Assembly (NCBI GenBank): GCA_964016885.1
Contig: OZ024755.1
Coordinates: forward strand, 1,674,001-1,738,000
Source: Eledone cirrhosa
Taxonomy: Eukaryota
DNA: 64,000 nucleotides
Direction: 5' to 3'
The notes beneath the pieces were generated by a model, which was given only the letters and a program-made list of their open reading frames with translations, ran no database searches and was not told the origin of the DNA. Both the position numbers and the translations under genes were made by a program. Every line of letters starts with the position of its first letter. Positions within the stretch are counted from its first letter, which is position 1. Shown here piece after piece: positions 36,789 through 50,396 of this stretch.

Positions 36789-38736
36789 CGTTCTTATATA
36801 ATTTAAACAAAGTAAATTATAGATTTATTATTTAATATATAACATGTTTGATAAGTGTGATTTCTACCTAAAACATACTTCGATCCTATTAATGTTTGGA
36901 CCTCTTTTATATACGATTCCTGTTGTTATTTCTAATGTCCCAGAAACTTTCTTAACCCAAGCAGCCATTGAATCTTTTTCATTTTATCATTGTTTCTTAA
37001 TTCGGGTTTAAAAACTATTTTCAAAGGTGTGATATTTGTTAAATATTTCGGTTGTAAATCCTTGCTACTGTGCTGCATCAGTAATTTAATTTAATGGTAT
37101 TTTTATTTAATTGTATTCGAATTTTAAACTTTTTTCTTTCAATTAAATACGTTTTCTCAAAAGCTGCACATTTTTAACACCAAGATGTAAAAAACGACTT
37201 TCTTGTTAGGAGAGAATTTTGTTTATAATTTTTCTAAATGTATCGAAATAAATATTTTAACCTCTTCTTGGTCAGAAAGAATTAAATATGAACCTGGAAT
37301 CCATAACTTTAGAAATAAAATAATATTTTGTTTGATTCCCGATATCTGATGTGGCTCTCCATCCTCTGTTAAATCCAATCTTCTGCTAATTCCGATGTTT
37401 ATAGCGAAAATATTTCATTTGATTCTTTGTGTCTAGACACGTTAAGGTCATCGGATCAGGTATAATAATAATAATAATAATGAAGTACTTATATGGTGCC
37501 AAGTCTCCATCCAAACGAAAGACTGTCCATAGCCACTCTAACCCTAACCATTCATTAATTTAAGACATAACGCTAAGAAGTGGAAGGTAGTCCATTGCTG
37601 GTATTTCTTGAAAAGACTTGATCTAAAAGTCGACCAGTTCCTACAGAGGAATCTTATTCCAGGGAGAGAGAGAAGGCCTTGATCAACAGTTTTTCATTCT
37701 AGTTTGGCACCATGAAGAGTCCATTCCATAGAACTGTAGCTGGCATACAGCCCTACCACCTGACGGTGAACTGGGTGCCTTCATGGTACCAGCACTACCA
37801 CCTGACAAGGTACCTTCATGGTACCAGCCCTACCACTTGACAGGGCGGACTGGATGTCTTTTTTTTTTTTTTTAGTTCCACTATATCTAATCTTTAGTTA
37901 AGGCTCCTACAACTGCAGAAACTCAACCCACCACAACACAATAGTAAGAGGTTTGTGGTGCCCAGATCTGATCACTATACATATTTTGTCTAGTCTTTGT
38001 TTCTCAGGCAGACCAAAGTTGGAGGTTGAACTGTGTATGTTAACACCTGCCTCCATCAAACCAGTCAGTTTATCTCGAATCACTGGACACTGGAGTCTGT
38101 CTTATCTAATGTTACAGTGGGGTGAATTCTTCTCCTGCTGGTCTTGCAGCTGCTTCCACTCTCTAGTAGACAGTTCTACTCTAAACTCTGTTATATACCT
38201 ATAACACTTTCAGTTGTACTCTAAACTTTGATATCATCATTTAACATCCACTTACCCTGCTAACAAGAGTTGGACAGATCTACATAGACCATGTCATTAC
38301 TGAAGTGGGGCTACTGACCTCCCGAACAGGCCAAGGGTCTACATAGACCAAGTCAGTACTGAAGTGGGGCTACTGACCTCCCAAACAGGCCAGGGGACTA
38401 CTGACCTGGAAAGGTTGAGTGGTCTGTATCTTGCTTACTTATGGTCATTATTGAGTGTCTTTTGACACAAACTGAAGGAACCTCCTAACCCCTTGTTTGG
38501 TAAGCTTTCTACAGCTGGATACCCTTCTTAACACTGTGTACTGGTAGCTTTTATTGGGTAGATCACCAGCACTAGGGAAGATGTTCTTGACAAAACTGAA
38601 GGGTCCTCCCAACCCTATAAAATATACAAGATGTCAATGGGATTATATTAAAGAAGAAATTAATTTCGATACTTTTTTCTTGTTCTTCAGATAAAAACAG
38701 TTGATTTTCTGCCATAGATTTGCAGTTTCTAGAAAA

Positions 38737-40641
38737 ATGGATGCAGCTGAACAGACAAGGCGTACAAACCAAGTTAAAGACCAAATTGGTGAACGGTGCC
38801 AGAAATTGTTTCAGGATTTCCTCGAGGAATTTACTGTTGATGGAGAGTTGAAATATTTATCTGAGGTTCAAGAATTGATTCGTCCCGAACGGAATACATT
38901 GACTGTCAGTTTTGAAGATATTGAAAACTACAATCAACAGTTAGCAACAACAATATTAGAAGAATATTATCGTGTTTATCCCTATTTATGCCTTTCTCTG
39001 CGTAACTTTGCTCAGGACCATGGGCATGTCCCCCCTTCTAAAGAGTTCTATGTCAGTTTTATAGACGTACCGACCACTTTAAAGGTTCGAGATCTGACAG
39101 CTGCCAAAATTGGTACCTTACTTCGTATATCCAGTCAAGTGGTTCGTACTCATCCTGTCCACCCGGAACTCGTCTCTGGAACTTTCATGTGTTTGGAATG
39201 TCGTACAGTTATCAAAGATGTTGAGCAACAATTTAAGTACACACAACCCAGTATCTGCCGAAACCCTGTCTGTAATAATAGATCAAAGTTTCTCTTGGAT
39301 GTTAATAAATCTAAATTTGTGGATTTCCAAAAGGCTCGGGTACAGGAAACCCAATCAGAATTGCCTCGAGGTAGTATTCCAAGGAGTCTGGAAGTGATCA
39401 TGAGAGCCGAAGCTGTTGAAATGGCCCAGGCTGGAGACAAATGTGATTTTACTGGAACTCTTATTGTAGTTCCTGATGTTTCTCAGATCACCGTTCCTGG
39501 GGCACGGGCTGAAACCTCAACAAGAATGAAAGGAAACGAAGGTTATGAGACAGAAGGGGTTCGAGGCCTCAAGGCTCTTGGTGTCCGGGACCTAACATAT
39601 AAATTAGCCTTCCTTGCTTGCACAGTGACCCCTAGTCACCCAAGACTTGGTGGAGGTAGTCGAGAAAATAAGGATGAAGAGATTACTGCTCAAGCTCTTA
39701 AGAAACAGATGACAGATGAAGAATGGCATAAAATTTATGAGATGAGTCTCGATAAAAACCTTTATCAAAATATCTGCCTGAGTCTTTTTCCTACCATTCA
39801 TGGTTGTGAAGAAATCAAACGTGGAGTTTTGTTGATGTTGTTTGGTGGGGTACCAAAGGTGACCACGGAACAAACCAACTTAAGGGGAGACATCAATGTA
39901 TGTATTGTTGGAGATCCCAGTACAGCAAAAAGTCAGTTGTTAAAACAAGTGGAAGAGTTCAGTTCTCGAGCTGTTTACACAAGTGGAAAAGCCAGTAGTG
40001 CTGCTGGTCTGACTGCGGCTGTGGTTCGTGATGAAGAATCTCATGAATTTGTGATCGAAGCTGGTGCTCTTATGTTGGCCGATAATGGTGTTTGTTGTAT
40101 TGATGAATTTGATAAAATGGACCCTAAAGACCAGGTAGCCATCCATGAAGCTATGGAACAACAGACAATTTCAATCACAAAAGCTGGTGTCAAGGCCACT
40201 TTGAACGCTCGTACTTCAATTTTAGCTGCTGCAAATCCAATCGGGGGTCGCTATGATAGATCGAAACCTTTGAAACAGAACATAACATTGACAGCTCCTA
40301 TAATGTCAAGATTTGATCTGTTTTTCATTCTTGTTGATGAATGCAACGAAGCAATAGATTATGCAATTGCCACTCGCATCGTTGACTTGCACTGTCGTTG
40401 TGAAGAATCTGTGTGTCGGACATACTCAGTGGAAGAAATCAGACGTTATCTCATGTTCGCTCGTCAGTTTAAACCAAAGATCAGCAAAGAATCTATGGAA
40501 TACATGGTTGAAGAATATAAACATCTTCGGCAACGAGATGGTACTGGTGCCACTCGCTCATCTTGGAGAATAACGGTTAGACAACTTGAAAGTTTGATTC
40601 GACTCTCGGAAGCTATGGCTCGGCTTTATTGCCAAGAAATG
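38737..40641 (+). CDS. MCM6: DNA replication licensing factor MCM6, coding exon 1 (635 codons)
   Basis: [12 protein letters not shown]4 zinc finger CLEC...CRNPVC, Walker A GDPSTAKS, Walker B IDEFDKM, arginine finger MSRFD. Donor ATG|GTAGGA at 40642. Confidence 0.97.
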
Positions 40642-40724
40642 GTAGGAAGATGCTTTCTTTTATTTCATTTAACATTTAAACAATTCCACTTCTGTCATAT
40701 TTTGGTACATTATTTATTGAGCCC

Positions 40725-40925
40725 ACTCAAATCCTGCTGAGGTTAACTTTGCCTTTCATCTTTATGGGGTCGATAAAATAAAGTACCAGTAATACATTGG
40801 GATAATTGCTGGCCTTGTGCTAAAAGTAGAAACAATTATTTATTGAGCCCACTGATAAAAGGCAGAGTTGACCTTGCTGAGATTTGAACTCAGAGGACAA
40901 AGTGTTTTGCTCTACACTCTAACAA
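40725..40925. mobile_element. SINE family A fragments in opposite orientations within the MCM6 intron
   Basis: aactttgcctttcatctttatggggtcgataaaataaagtaccagt, followed by an inverted aaaaggcagagttgaccttgctgagatttgaactcag. Confidence 0.65.
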
Positions 40926-41754
40926 CCTAAAACCTATCATAATTTTATGTAAGAACCTTTATTAAGTTACACTACCCACTCCAGTTTTAAAATGAGAAAG
41001 TTGTTTCATGTCCAAATTCTTGAACATTTTCAAAATGATAAGCAGTGTCTTTCATTAGGAATATAGCAGTGAAGGGTAGATCCTTGAGCAAGATGGTTGG
41101 ACAACATCCATGAGCTTGGCTGGTCTTGCTTGGAGATTCAGCCGGATCAGACAGCGATGGTTGCTTCTGACAGGACCCACTGGGTGGAGTGTTTGAGAAT
41201 TCTGTCCCCCACGATCCTTTCAGGAATAAGTGGGCAAAGAAGAATGAGTAATGTTCTGACCATTTGGTTGAACGTTGCTAACAATTTTAACTTTAAAGTA
41301 GACATACCCTGATATATAGACTCTAGTTGTTTCACTTTCTGAATTCAACACAAATTACCTTTATCAGTAATTGTATCTCATTACGATGCTTATTTACACC
41401 TATCTGGCTGAGCCACTATTGGAAATCGTCTTTGCCTTGCATGGAAGATGTTGTACAAATAACAGTTGATTTCTTACCATCATTGATGTAAATATATTTT
41501 CTACTCACTCTCCCTTTATTATTTCCTTATAAAATTGTTTAAGAAAAAATGTTGATAGTGATAAAATACTTTTTCAGTCTTGCTTAACTTCTTAAGCTAG
41601 ATGTATTTTATAAAATACTATCTGTTGTATTTATGTCAGAGTAGAGTAATAAAATAAAATTATTTGGTTGGAGATTCAATGTAATTTTGTTAGCTAACGT
41701 TAACATTTTATTGTTAAAAGAAAATAAATTTTTTTTTTCCATCTCTACTTTTAG

Positions 41755-42342
41755 GTTCAGCCAAAACATGTGAAAGAGGCGTTCCGTTTACTGAACAAGT
41801 CCATTATTCGGGTTGATCAACCAGATATACATTTGGAAGAAGAACAAGATGAAGCTATGGAAATTGATGAAGAACCAACTGCAGCAGCGCCAGCAACAGA
41901 ACCACACAGTGGACAAAATGGTGTCTCAGAAGATGCTGTACCATCTGGTTCTCCAGAACAAGAAAAATCTTCGAAACCTGAAAAGCCAAAGAAGTCTTTG
42001 AAATTGTCGTATGAAGACTACAAACATATGGCTAATTTGTTGATACTGAACATGAGACGAATGGAAGAACAAGAAGAATCTGCTGATTCCAGTACTCGAC
42101 GTAGTCAATTGATAAGTTGGTATTTACATGAAATTGAAGGAGAGATTGACAGCGAGGCGGAGTTGATTGAACGTAAGACTATCGTGGAGAAAGTCATAGA
42201 TCGTCTAATTCACCATGACCATGTCCTTATAGAGTTAAAACAGACAGGACTAAAATCTAAATCTAAACGTGATGAAGAGAGTCTTGTAAGAGAAGATGAC
42301 CCCTTCCTTGTTGTTCATCCCAATTATGTCGTCGATGATTAA
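41755..42342 (+). CDS. MCM6: MCM6 coding exon 2 (195 aa + stop)
   Basis: Acceptor tctctacttttag|GTT, phase 0. VQPKHVKEAFRLLNKSIIRV and the C-terminal winged-helix (RRSQLISWYL...LVVHPNY) match MCM6. Confidence 0.96.
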   Translation, partial: VQPKHVKEAFRLLNKSIIRVDQPDIHLEEEQDEAMEIDEEPTAAAPATEPHSGQNGVSEDAVPSGSPEQEKSSKPEKPKKSLKLSYEDYKHMANLLILNMRRMEEQEESADSSTRRSQLISWYLHEIEGEIDSEAELIERKTIVEKVIDRLIHHDHVLIELKQTGLKSKSKRDEESLVREDDPFLVVHPNYVVDD

Positions 42343-43894
42343 ACTCTTTGGGAGAATCTTTTCTCTTTCTGTTGCAACTCATGGGACCATTTTTTGTGAG
42401 AATATTCTTCAAGAAAAGATCCTTGTCTACAAACTCATATTGTTTGCTGTCCAGACTGCTGTGTAATTGGTTTATAATAGCTTGGTTGGATTGTATTGTT
42501 CACTATAACATCTCTTGTCTTGTATTCAACTCCATCTTGTTTGTGTTCTAGTCAACATCAGCCATCTTGGTTCTGTTGTATTATTCAGTATAATTCTGTA
42601 GTTAAACAAAGTTAAATCTTGTACAAATAACAGTTGATTTCTTACCATCATTGATGTAAATATATTTTCTACTCACTCTTCCTTTATTATTTCCTTATAA
42701 AATTGTTTAAGAAAAAAAAGAAAAAAGGTTTTTAGCATTGCTCAATCAATCGATTTAAAATGTTCTTTTTCTTGTTTGATTCCGAGGTAAACTCCACCAA
42801 TGTTTTGTATAATATAAACATATGTTGAAGTGTGAAAAGGCAACTTTTTGTGTTGTTTTCTTTGGAAACTTCATATTTTCTAAACTCTTTTTTTTCTTCT
42901 CTAAGTTGAAATCGTGAAAAAAATTATCATTTTTGATTAATAAACAATTAAGTTTTAGTTTTGTTGTCTTGTCTTGAAATTACTGGACTTCAATTCTTGT
43001 AAATGTGATATTTCTGTCATTTTACCTCAAATACAATTTTCTTAGAATAAGTCCTATTTCCAAAGTAAAGTCACACTGGTTGTGAGAGGGACAATTATTA
43101 ATTTAAGTCAACACTAACATTGTTGGTATTAGGAAGGGCTGTAGAAAACCTGTCAAACAAGTTAGCAAGACTTTAGCTGTGCCAAGGACATGACAGCCTC
43201 CCTAGTCGCAATAGAGGCCGTTTCAACCTCCCTACTGCTGGGGCCACAATAGAAGCTTTAGATGAGTTTATTTCCAGTTAATTGAAGTAAAACACTTGAT
43301 TTAAAACCCGCTCCTGCCTGACAGGGAAAAGCTTTGAGTCAGAATCCCTAAGGTAGTTGAAGGTGTAATGAGGACTGTACCACAGAACCAGGGGTGGTTT
43401 CAGCCAGTTTGGTATCAAAAGGGTTAAATGAATGAAATAAAAAAAAAGATAAAACAATAAAAGCCAAAAATAGTTTCTAAAATTACTTTATTAATAATCT
43501 TTAATATATTACATTTAATAGAGTATATCAAAATAGAGAGAACTGAACTTTATTGAGAGGAGAGTCTGGTAAGAGGTTAAAATGCTTTGAATCAACTTTT
43601 TACAGAAAGTGGGGTGATAGTCCATGAAAATTATATCTAATTCCCGATGAAATGGTTTCTTGTTGCAGTTTATGCCACGGAAGAATTTGAGTTCAGTATT
43701 GCAAGGTAAGAAAATATCTCCCAATAACTAAACTCTGTTACAATCAAATCGTTTCTGATTCAAGCACAAGGCCAACAATGTTTCTGGAGGGGTTAGTCTA
43801 TTAGATCTATCCCAGTGAATTACAGGTACTTATTGACCATGTAAGGCTTTTATCAAAAAGATTTTTCTAAAAAATGTAAATATCACATATATCT

Positions 43895-44215
43895 GCTAGG
43901 GATAGAATTTCTCCATAGAAACTCATACAAATAGCTCTCTGAAAGCTGTTCAGAGGTCCTAAATTGCTGTCGAATTTTCCGCTTCGTTTACATCCACATA
44001 TTTTCCAGTTTGTGAAGACACCATTAACTCAGTCTTCAATCTTATAGGCTTTCCATAGTCATATGAGTACCAGGTAATTGACACAGTCTGGTACTTCCAC
44101 AAGGAAACATTTCCCAGATCCTCGCTCTATCCCACCAAGCACCCAGTGACCTTGTCTCCATTGACCCTTGTGGAATTTTTGGTGGAAATATTTCTTTTTC
44201 TTACAGTGGTGGCAG
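43895..44215 (-). mobile_element. Degenerate Merlin (IS1016/ISXO2-like) DDE transposase fragment
   Basis: The minus strand translates QKFHKGQWRQGHWVLGGIERGSGKCFLVEVPD, then broken LPGT...WKAY, then ENMWM*TKRKIRQQFRTSEQLSESYLYEFLWRN. Stops and deletions are present. Confidence 0.8.
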
Positions 44216-45638
44216 TACCACGGTTAATCAGACCTCAGCCTACATACATACAGGAACTTCCAAATAAGTGACGCCATGCACACCATTGGATACATATGAG
44301 GCATGGCATGAGCCAAATGGATTAATGTATAATCCTCTGGGAGGCTTCTAGTATCTCATTAACATTTATTATTGTACGAGTAGATGCTCCACGACCACAA
44401 GGCATGGTTGTTTGACATGTAGCAGTAAAACTTCATCATGAGAAAACATGTAATAGTGACTAGAATATCTTTTACAAAATATGTGTGAAATATATTTAGC
44501 AGTGTCTGTATCAAAACTTGATACTCCAGAGGTCAATGTCTTTTGTGGAGACTAAAAGACTTTATTTGTAGTTCCTTTTTATCATCGTTTTGACAGCTTA
44601 TGGAATGGCCAGCAATTTTGATTTGCAGATTCCGTTTAAAATATTTTTTAAAAACCCAGAAAAATTAAAAGCTATGAGGGCGAACTTCGTTAAAAGTCTA
44701 TTATTTTTTAAAACTTTTTATAATGAAAGAAATACGAATAGTGAAGGTTTCTCTTTCACTTACTATCTCGATTATGTCTGAGATAATACTCCACACTTAA
44801 TGATTCGTGACCAGCGTTCGCCAGTTGTGCCTTTAAAAGATAATTCAGAAATATAAATATGAATTAAAATATTCAGAATATAAATCAGTTATTTTCCCCT
44901 TGTTCCGTCCATTTTTCATTCACCTTGTCTTGTAATTCTATTAATTATTGCTTTAAATCTACTTTTAAACCACATCAAACGTTCTGGGAGACAATTAATT
45001 CAAATTAGATTGACAAATCTCATATTTTCCGTCGGGCTATCAACTCTAAAGTTATAAAAGATACCTTAGAACGAGGAGGACCAAAGGACATCAGATATTA
45101 GATGTTTGGAGAAAATGAAAATAGCAGGTCTGAGTGACCTGATCCAGTAGATGTTAGGGTTAGAATGTTGTCCTGGTATACTTCGAAATTTTAATTTATT
45201 TATAACATTCCAGTTTGATTACGAAAAGGAAAATATAGGTCGTTTATTCATAAGCATTTATCTAAAACTAAATATAAGTGACGACATTCCTATAACTATA
45301 TAAAAAAAACAACTAATTATTGGAAGGGGCCAGGTAAAAAAGGGTAGGTGATCCCTACTTTAAGGTATTGCTAGAAATAGAAGAAATTTCTGCAACTACA
45401 TTAATAGATGAACAGATTTGTTGTTTAATTAAGAGAAAATGACGTCCGTTTTAGAAACTTATCAACAAAAACCCGTTAAATCTAGGAATATTTATTGCTA
45501 GAGATATATAATAATATATATTTATAAACAGTAATAATATCTAGGGTAAGATGATAAAAACTAGCTAGAGGGTAAATATTAAGAGAAAGACATATTGCTG
45601 CTGAGATTTAAAGAAGTCTCAACATTTATCTCCCTTAT

Positions 45639-45771
45639 CCTCTAGGTGGCAGTCGTGTATAACAAGATGTGCAGCGGTGTCCATTCTGAAATTATTCTGC
45701 GCATGTGATCGTCTAAGAGAAGATAAAAACTTGATACAATAACCTTTTTTTTTATGTATCTGAAGGTAAGA
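45639..45771 (+). promoter_or_regulatory. Putative NRF1 promoter/first non-coding exon
   Basis: CTCF-like CCTCTAGGTGGCAG at 45639-45652, NRF1-like TGCGCATGTG at 45698-45707, donor AAG|GTAAGA at 45766, local CpG enrichment. The acceptor tttttattgcag ends at 49422, before the ATG. Confidence 0.55.
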
Positions 45772-47414
45772 TTTTAAAAAAATCGCTCGGATATGGAAGA
45801 ATCAGCTGAGAGTCTGTTTATGAAAAAAAAATCCGTTTTTATTAAAAAAAAAAAAAAAAAAAAAAAGCAAAATGTCGGACGCTCCCCTTCTTTTTCTTTC
45901 CTTCCTCCTTCTTCTTGTCAGTAATTAGCGCGCTGGCTTTTATAGTCCCGGAAAAATTGTGATGGACGCTTTGCTGCCTTTTCATCAGGGAAAACAGCAA
46001 AAATAACACTCCCAGGGTCAATCTGTCAGGCAAGCGATTTCTTTGTATAAATATTTACATATTTACTTTACAAATGACAAGATTTACTTTAGCAGTGACT
46101 TATCATTGAAGGTGTGATCGAACCAAATAAATCAATCATTAACAACAGGGATATGTATATTTCATCTGAACATCTAATATATAAATACACACACACACAC
46201 ATATATATATGTTAGATGCTCAGATGAAATATACATACATACACACGGATGTGTCTGTCTTCATATGATGGAGATTTGGAGGGGGTCTTTAAAAAAGATT
46301 GAGCTGCACCAACAAAAAGAGTAACACCACTTTAAAGAAATATGTCATTCCTTAAAGTAGAACCTACCTGAAATATTCTGGGTTCGATTTTTGTATCCGA
46401 AAAGTTGAAAGTCGAATTACGTCACGATCCTCTCGTGTCGTCCATTTTTCTTTTTACTCCAGCAAGCCATGTTTCAGCGAAGACGAAACGACTGATTCAT
46501 TTGAAAACAAGACACATATATATATATTCTTCCATCGATGAAAGGTATGTCAGTAGTAAAGGTATTTCAGTGGTGATGAAGGCCCTCAGTTAACCAGTAG
46601 GACAAGGTCTCTGCATGTGAGTGTGTATATATGTATGTGTGATATATACACTAGACAGACATACTGGCTCTATATACACGGAGACACACACATTGATCGG
46701 TAGTTATATTGTTTCTCGGGTAGATTTGTTTGTTGTAAAGTGTAGAAATTATTCATCAGAGACGGAGCAATGTAAGAGACGTGTTAAACGTGCTGTCGCC
46801 GGCGCAATCTCTATGTTTAGTACATTTCGCGCAAGCCCAAGCGCAGTCGCAATCCCCAATCCTTAACGCCACCACTACCGGCTCTCTCACTCCACTGTTT
46901 CCTTGTCTCTCTTCACACTTCTTTTTTTTTCTTCTTCTCTTTTCTCCATTCCCCTCTATTTTATATTTCTCCCTATCTTGTGTCTACCTCGACACATTTT
47001 TTAAAATGAATTCTTAATCATTTATTTCGTTAAATACACACATGCGCGCGCTACAATATCGCCATTATCGCCAACAGTGTCACTCTAATGACCTAATTCT
47101 TCCTGGCACATCTCAGCCATTTCTATGGCTTTCCTCGCACTCCCTTAACTATATACTTTTATAATCGTTACTCGATCTACGTAAATCAATCACATTCGAT
47201 ATACAACTGATCCTTCGATGGTCTGTCGATATTGAGGTCACAACACCCTTTACACAGCTTATATATTAGCTGTGTGTGTATATACACACACACAAGCTAA
47301 ATGTGTGTATATATATATATATATAATAGTAATCACTAAACTGTACTTATTCATATATATATAGACACTTTGATTACCTGTACAGGCAATATTTATTAGA
47401 ATGCTGTTGAAGGT

Positions 47415-47885
<471 letters not shown>

Positions 47886-48087
47886 AGAAGAATAACTACA
47901 GTTGAGTGATTGCTTGGAAAAACATTCGTTTGTCAGTGTTTTTATTACTAAATACATTTGCCAGTAATTCTAGAAGCTGGATATTCCATGTTGATGCCAT
48001 CGCTTTAGCTTTTCCACAACTATCAGTTGCTAAATAAAACAACAATTATCTTAGAATCGTAATATCTACTTTTAAAACCATTTATTA

Positions 48088-48335
48088 TTGTTGACTTTGC
48101 CTTTCATCCTTACGGGGTCGATAAAATAAAGTACCAGTAATACACTGGGTAATTGCTGACCTTGTGCCTAAAGTAGAAACAATTATTATCATTATCAAAT
48201 CCCGCCGAGGTTAACTTTGCTTTTCACCCTTACGGGGTCGATAAATAAAGTACCAGTAATGTACTGGTGTTTATTTAATCGACCCACTCCCCTAAATGTC
48301 TGACCTTGTGCCTAAATCAGAAACAATTATTATTA
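48088..48335 (+). mobile_element. Two tandem 5'-truncated SINE family A copies
   Basis: Family core present twice, each copy ending gaaacaattattat. Confidence 0.75.
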
Positions 48336-49438
48336 TCTAAGTAATGAGGAAAGTGTGGAGGTGAACTGGTTTTAAGACTGTCTCACCTTGGAAATTTACC
48401 GTTTATTGTATATTTGTTTTTTCTTCTAAATTTGAAAATTAACAGCAATCTTAGAAGTTGCTAATTAATAGACAGTCTTTTAGCTCACAGCCACCGCTCT
48501 CTCTCTCCCTCACCTTTTGCACTTCACCTGAAATAGCTATAAAATTTATTTCAAAGGTCACAACAACAACAGCAAACATCAGTGGCAATTTGTATCCAAA
48601 ACTGAGAAAATACACCAAATTCTTTGAAAACTTCCCCAATTTTATTTTTTTTTAATGCATATTAAATATTACAAAAAAAGAAAGAAAATAAACATCGTTA
48701 TAATTTCGATTTATTTTTAGTTCAATGAAATAATTGTTAGTAAAGGTTGTTTATTCCAACAATACTAATTAGAGAGTTAATGAAGGTTTGGTGAGTGGAT
48801 GACATCCATTCTTATACACTACAAGAAATATTGGTGCCAACCCAAAATACTTTAAGAGTGATCTTTCTACTCTGTCTTACCATGGACACTCTGAAACATT
48901 CAATGCATTATAGAATTTCTTTCAAGACAATTTATGATTATTATGATTATTCCATCCAACTTCAGGATATTTTATTACTTGTTTTACAATTATTTAACCA
49001 ATAAACTGAACATCTTTTTCTCATGTCTATTTGGTGAATTCTTGTCTGGTTAACTTTCTCCAGTTATTTCCACTAAAGATGGCATTTAACTAGTTTGGTT
49101 TTTAAACCTACATTCTCCCTAGATAATAACTCCTTTTTAGTGTCTTCACCCTATTTTATAAGTTATCTTTATAGCATTTCTGTACTAGAGCCCTTTCTTT
49201 ATATTTATATATTCTCAGCACTTAAAAGTCAAAAATTCAGCTTCATACATTGTTTATATAGAAATATATTTCAATATACAATGAACCATGAATAAGTCCT
49301 TTTCTGTTCTTTAGTGTTAAATCTTATTTTTAAAATTACTTTTGTTGAGTAAAGAAAAATAATATTTTTAGATTTACATAATCTTTAAATTTTTTCAAAA
49401 AAATCTTTTCTTTTTATTGCAGAGTTGCTATAAATAAA

Positions 49439-49640
49439 ATGAACAGCTCCAATTCTTCATCTGTGAGTGTTCGTGGAGTTGTTAATACAATGAATAACAT
49501 AAGTACTTCACCAATGTGTACAAATATGCTTAGTGATGATATGAGTGAGTCAAGTTCACCAGAGAGCCCACATTTTGATGAAACAGATCTACTTGCAAAT
49601 ACTATGAATGATGATGTAACTACACAGTTGGCTGCTGCTG
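49439..49640 (+). CDS. NRF1: Nuclear respiratory factor 1 / erect wing / P3A2, coding exon 1
   Basis: MNSSNSS...SSPESPHFDETDLL...DDVTTQLAAAG; donor G|GTATGT, phase 1. Confidence 0.9.
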
Positions 49641-50281
49641 GTATGTATAGATATCATCATCACTGGTTAACATCCATTTTTTCCACATTAGCATGGGTTA
49701 GACAAGTTGTCCCATTGTGAGACAACCCAGATCAGATGACTATGTCTTGCTCATACAGAGCATATATATATATATTTGAAATAAAACATTAAGGCACATT
49801 GAACCCTTGACTGGTGTACGGGGCAACTAAAAAGGTTAGCTTCAGGAAAAGCTTTAGATAAAAGACATTGCCACCTAACCCCTTAATCAGTATATCTGTC
49901 ATTGTGCTCACAACGTGTCGACTGGAACATGAAATGGAGTATACCTGACCCTACATTGTTAATTGGTTCCAGAAGTCAAGACTTGACAAATGAGGAATGT
50001 TGAATTAAACCCTATAAACTGCTAATAGACATTCCCTACATTACTTCATGCAATTTTAACATTTATTTTAATGTGATTTTACATGTTTTTATTATTTCTT
50101 ATGGTTTAATATTTTTAGCAGACCCGACGTAAAGTTGAGTCAATCAAAACAGGGGGTTTACTTTTTTAAAATATTGGAAAGAAATCCATCGTAACTTAAC
50201 ACATATGATGAAACTTGAAACTATGTAAGCCAAGGTATATCTGTATAATAATATCTTTTTGTGAATTTTATATTTTTTAAG

Positions 50282-50396
50282 GACCTATAGGGGTTGCTGC
50301 AGCTGCTGCAATTGTTACTGGAAGGAAGCGACGAAGAATGCACAGTTTTGAAACAAATCCTTCTGTTCGACGTCGACAACAAACAAGGTTACTCAG
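50282..50396 (+). CDS. NRF1: NRF1 coding exon 2
   Basis: GPIGVAAAAAIVTGRKRRRMHSFETNPSVRRRQQTRLLR, the hallmark NLS/DNA-binding start. Not in the ORF track; AG/GT boundaries are in phase. Confidence 0.95.

Noticed and set aside
37538-37550. Telomere-like (CCCTAA) motif (also near 45153)
   Set aside because: Only about two units; expected by chance.
38701-40740. ORF-track MCM6 boundaries (TTG start at 38701, end 40740; second ORF starting 41770)
   Set aside because: The true start is most likely the ATG at 38737; homology ends at the donor at 40642 and resumes at 41755.
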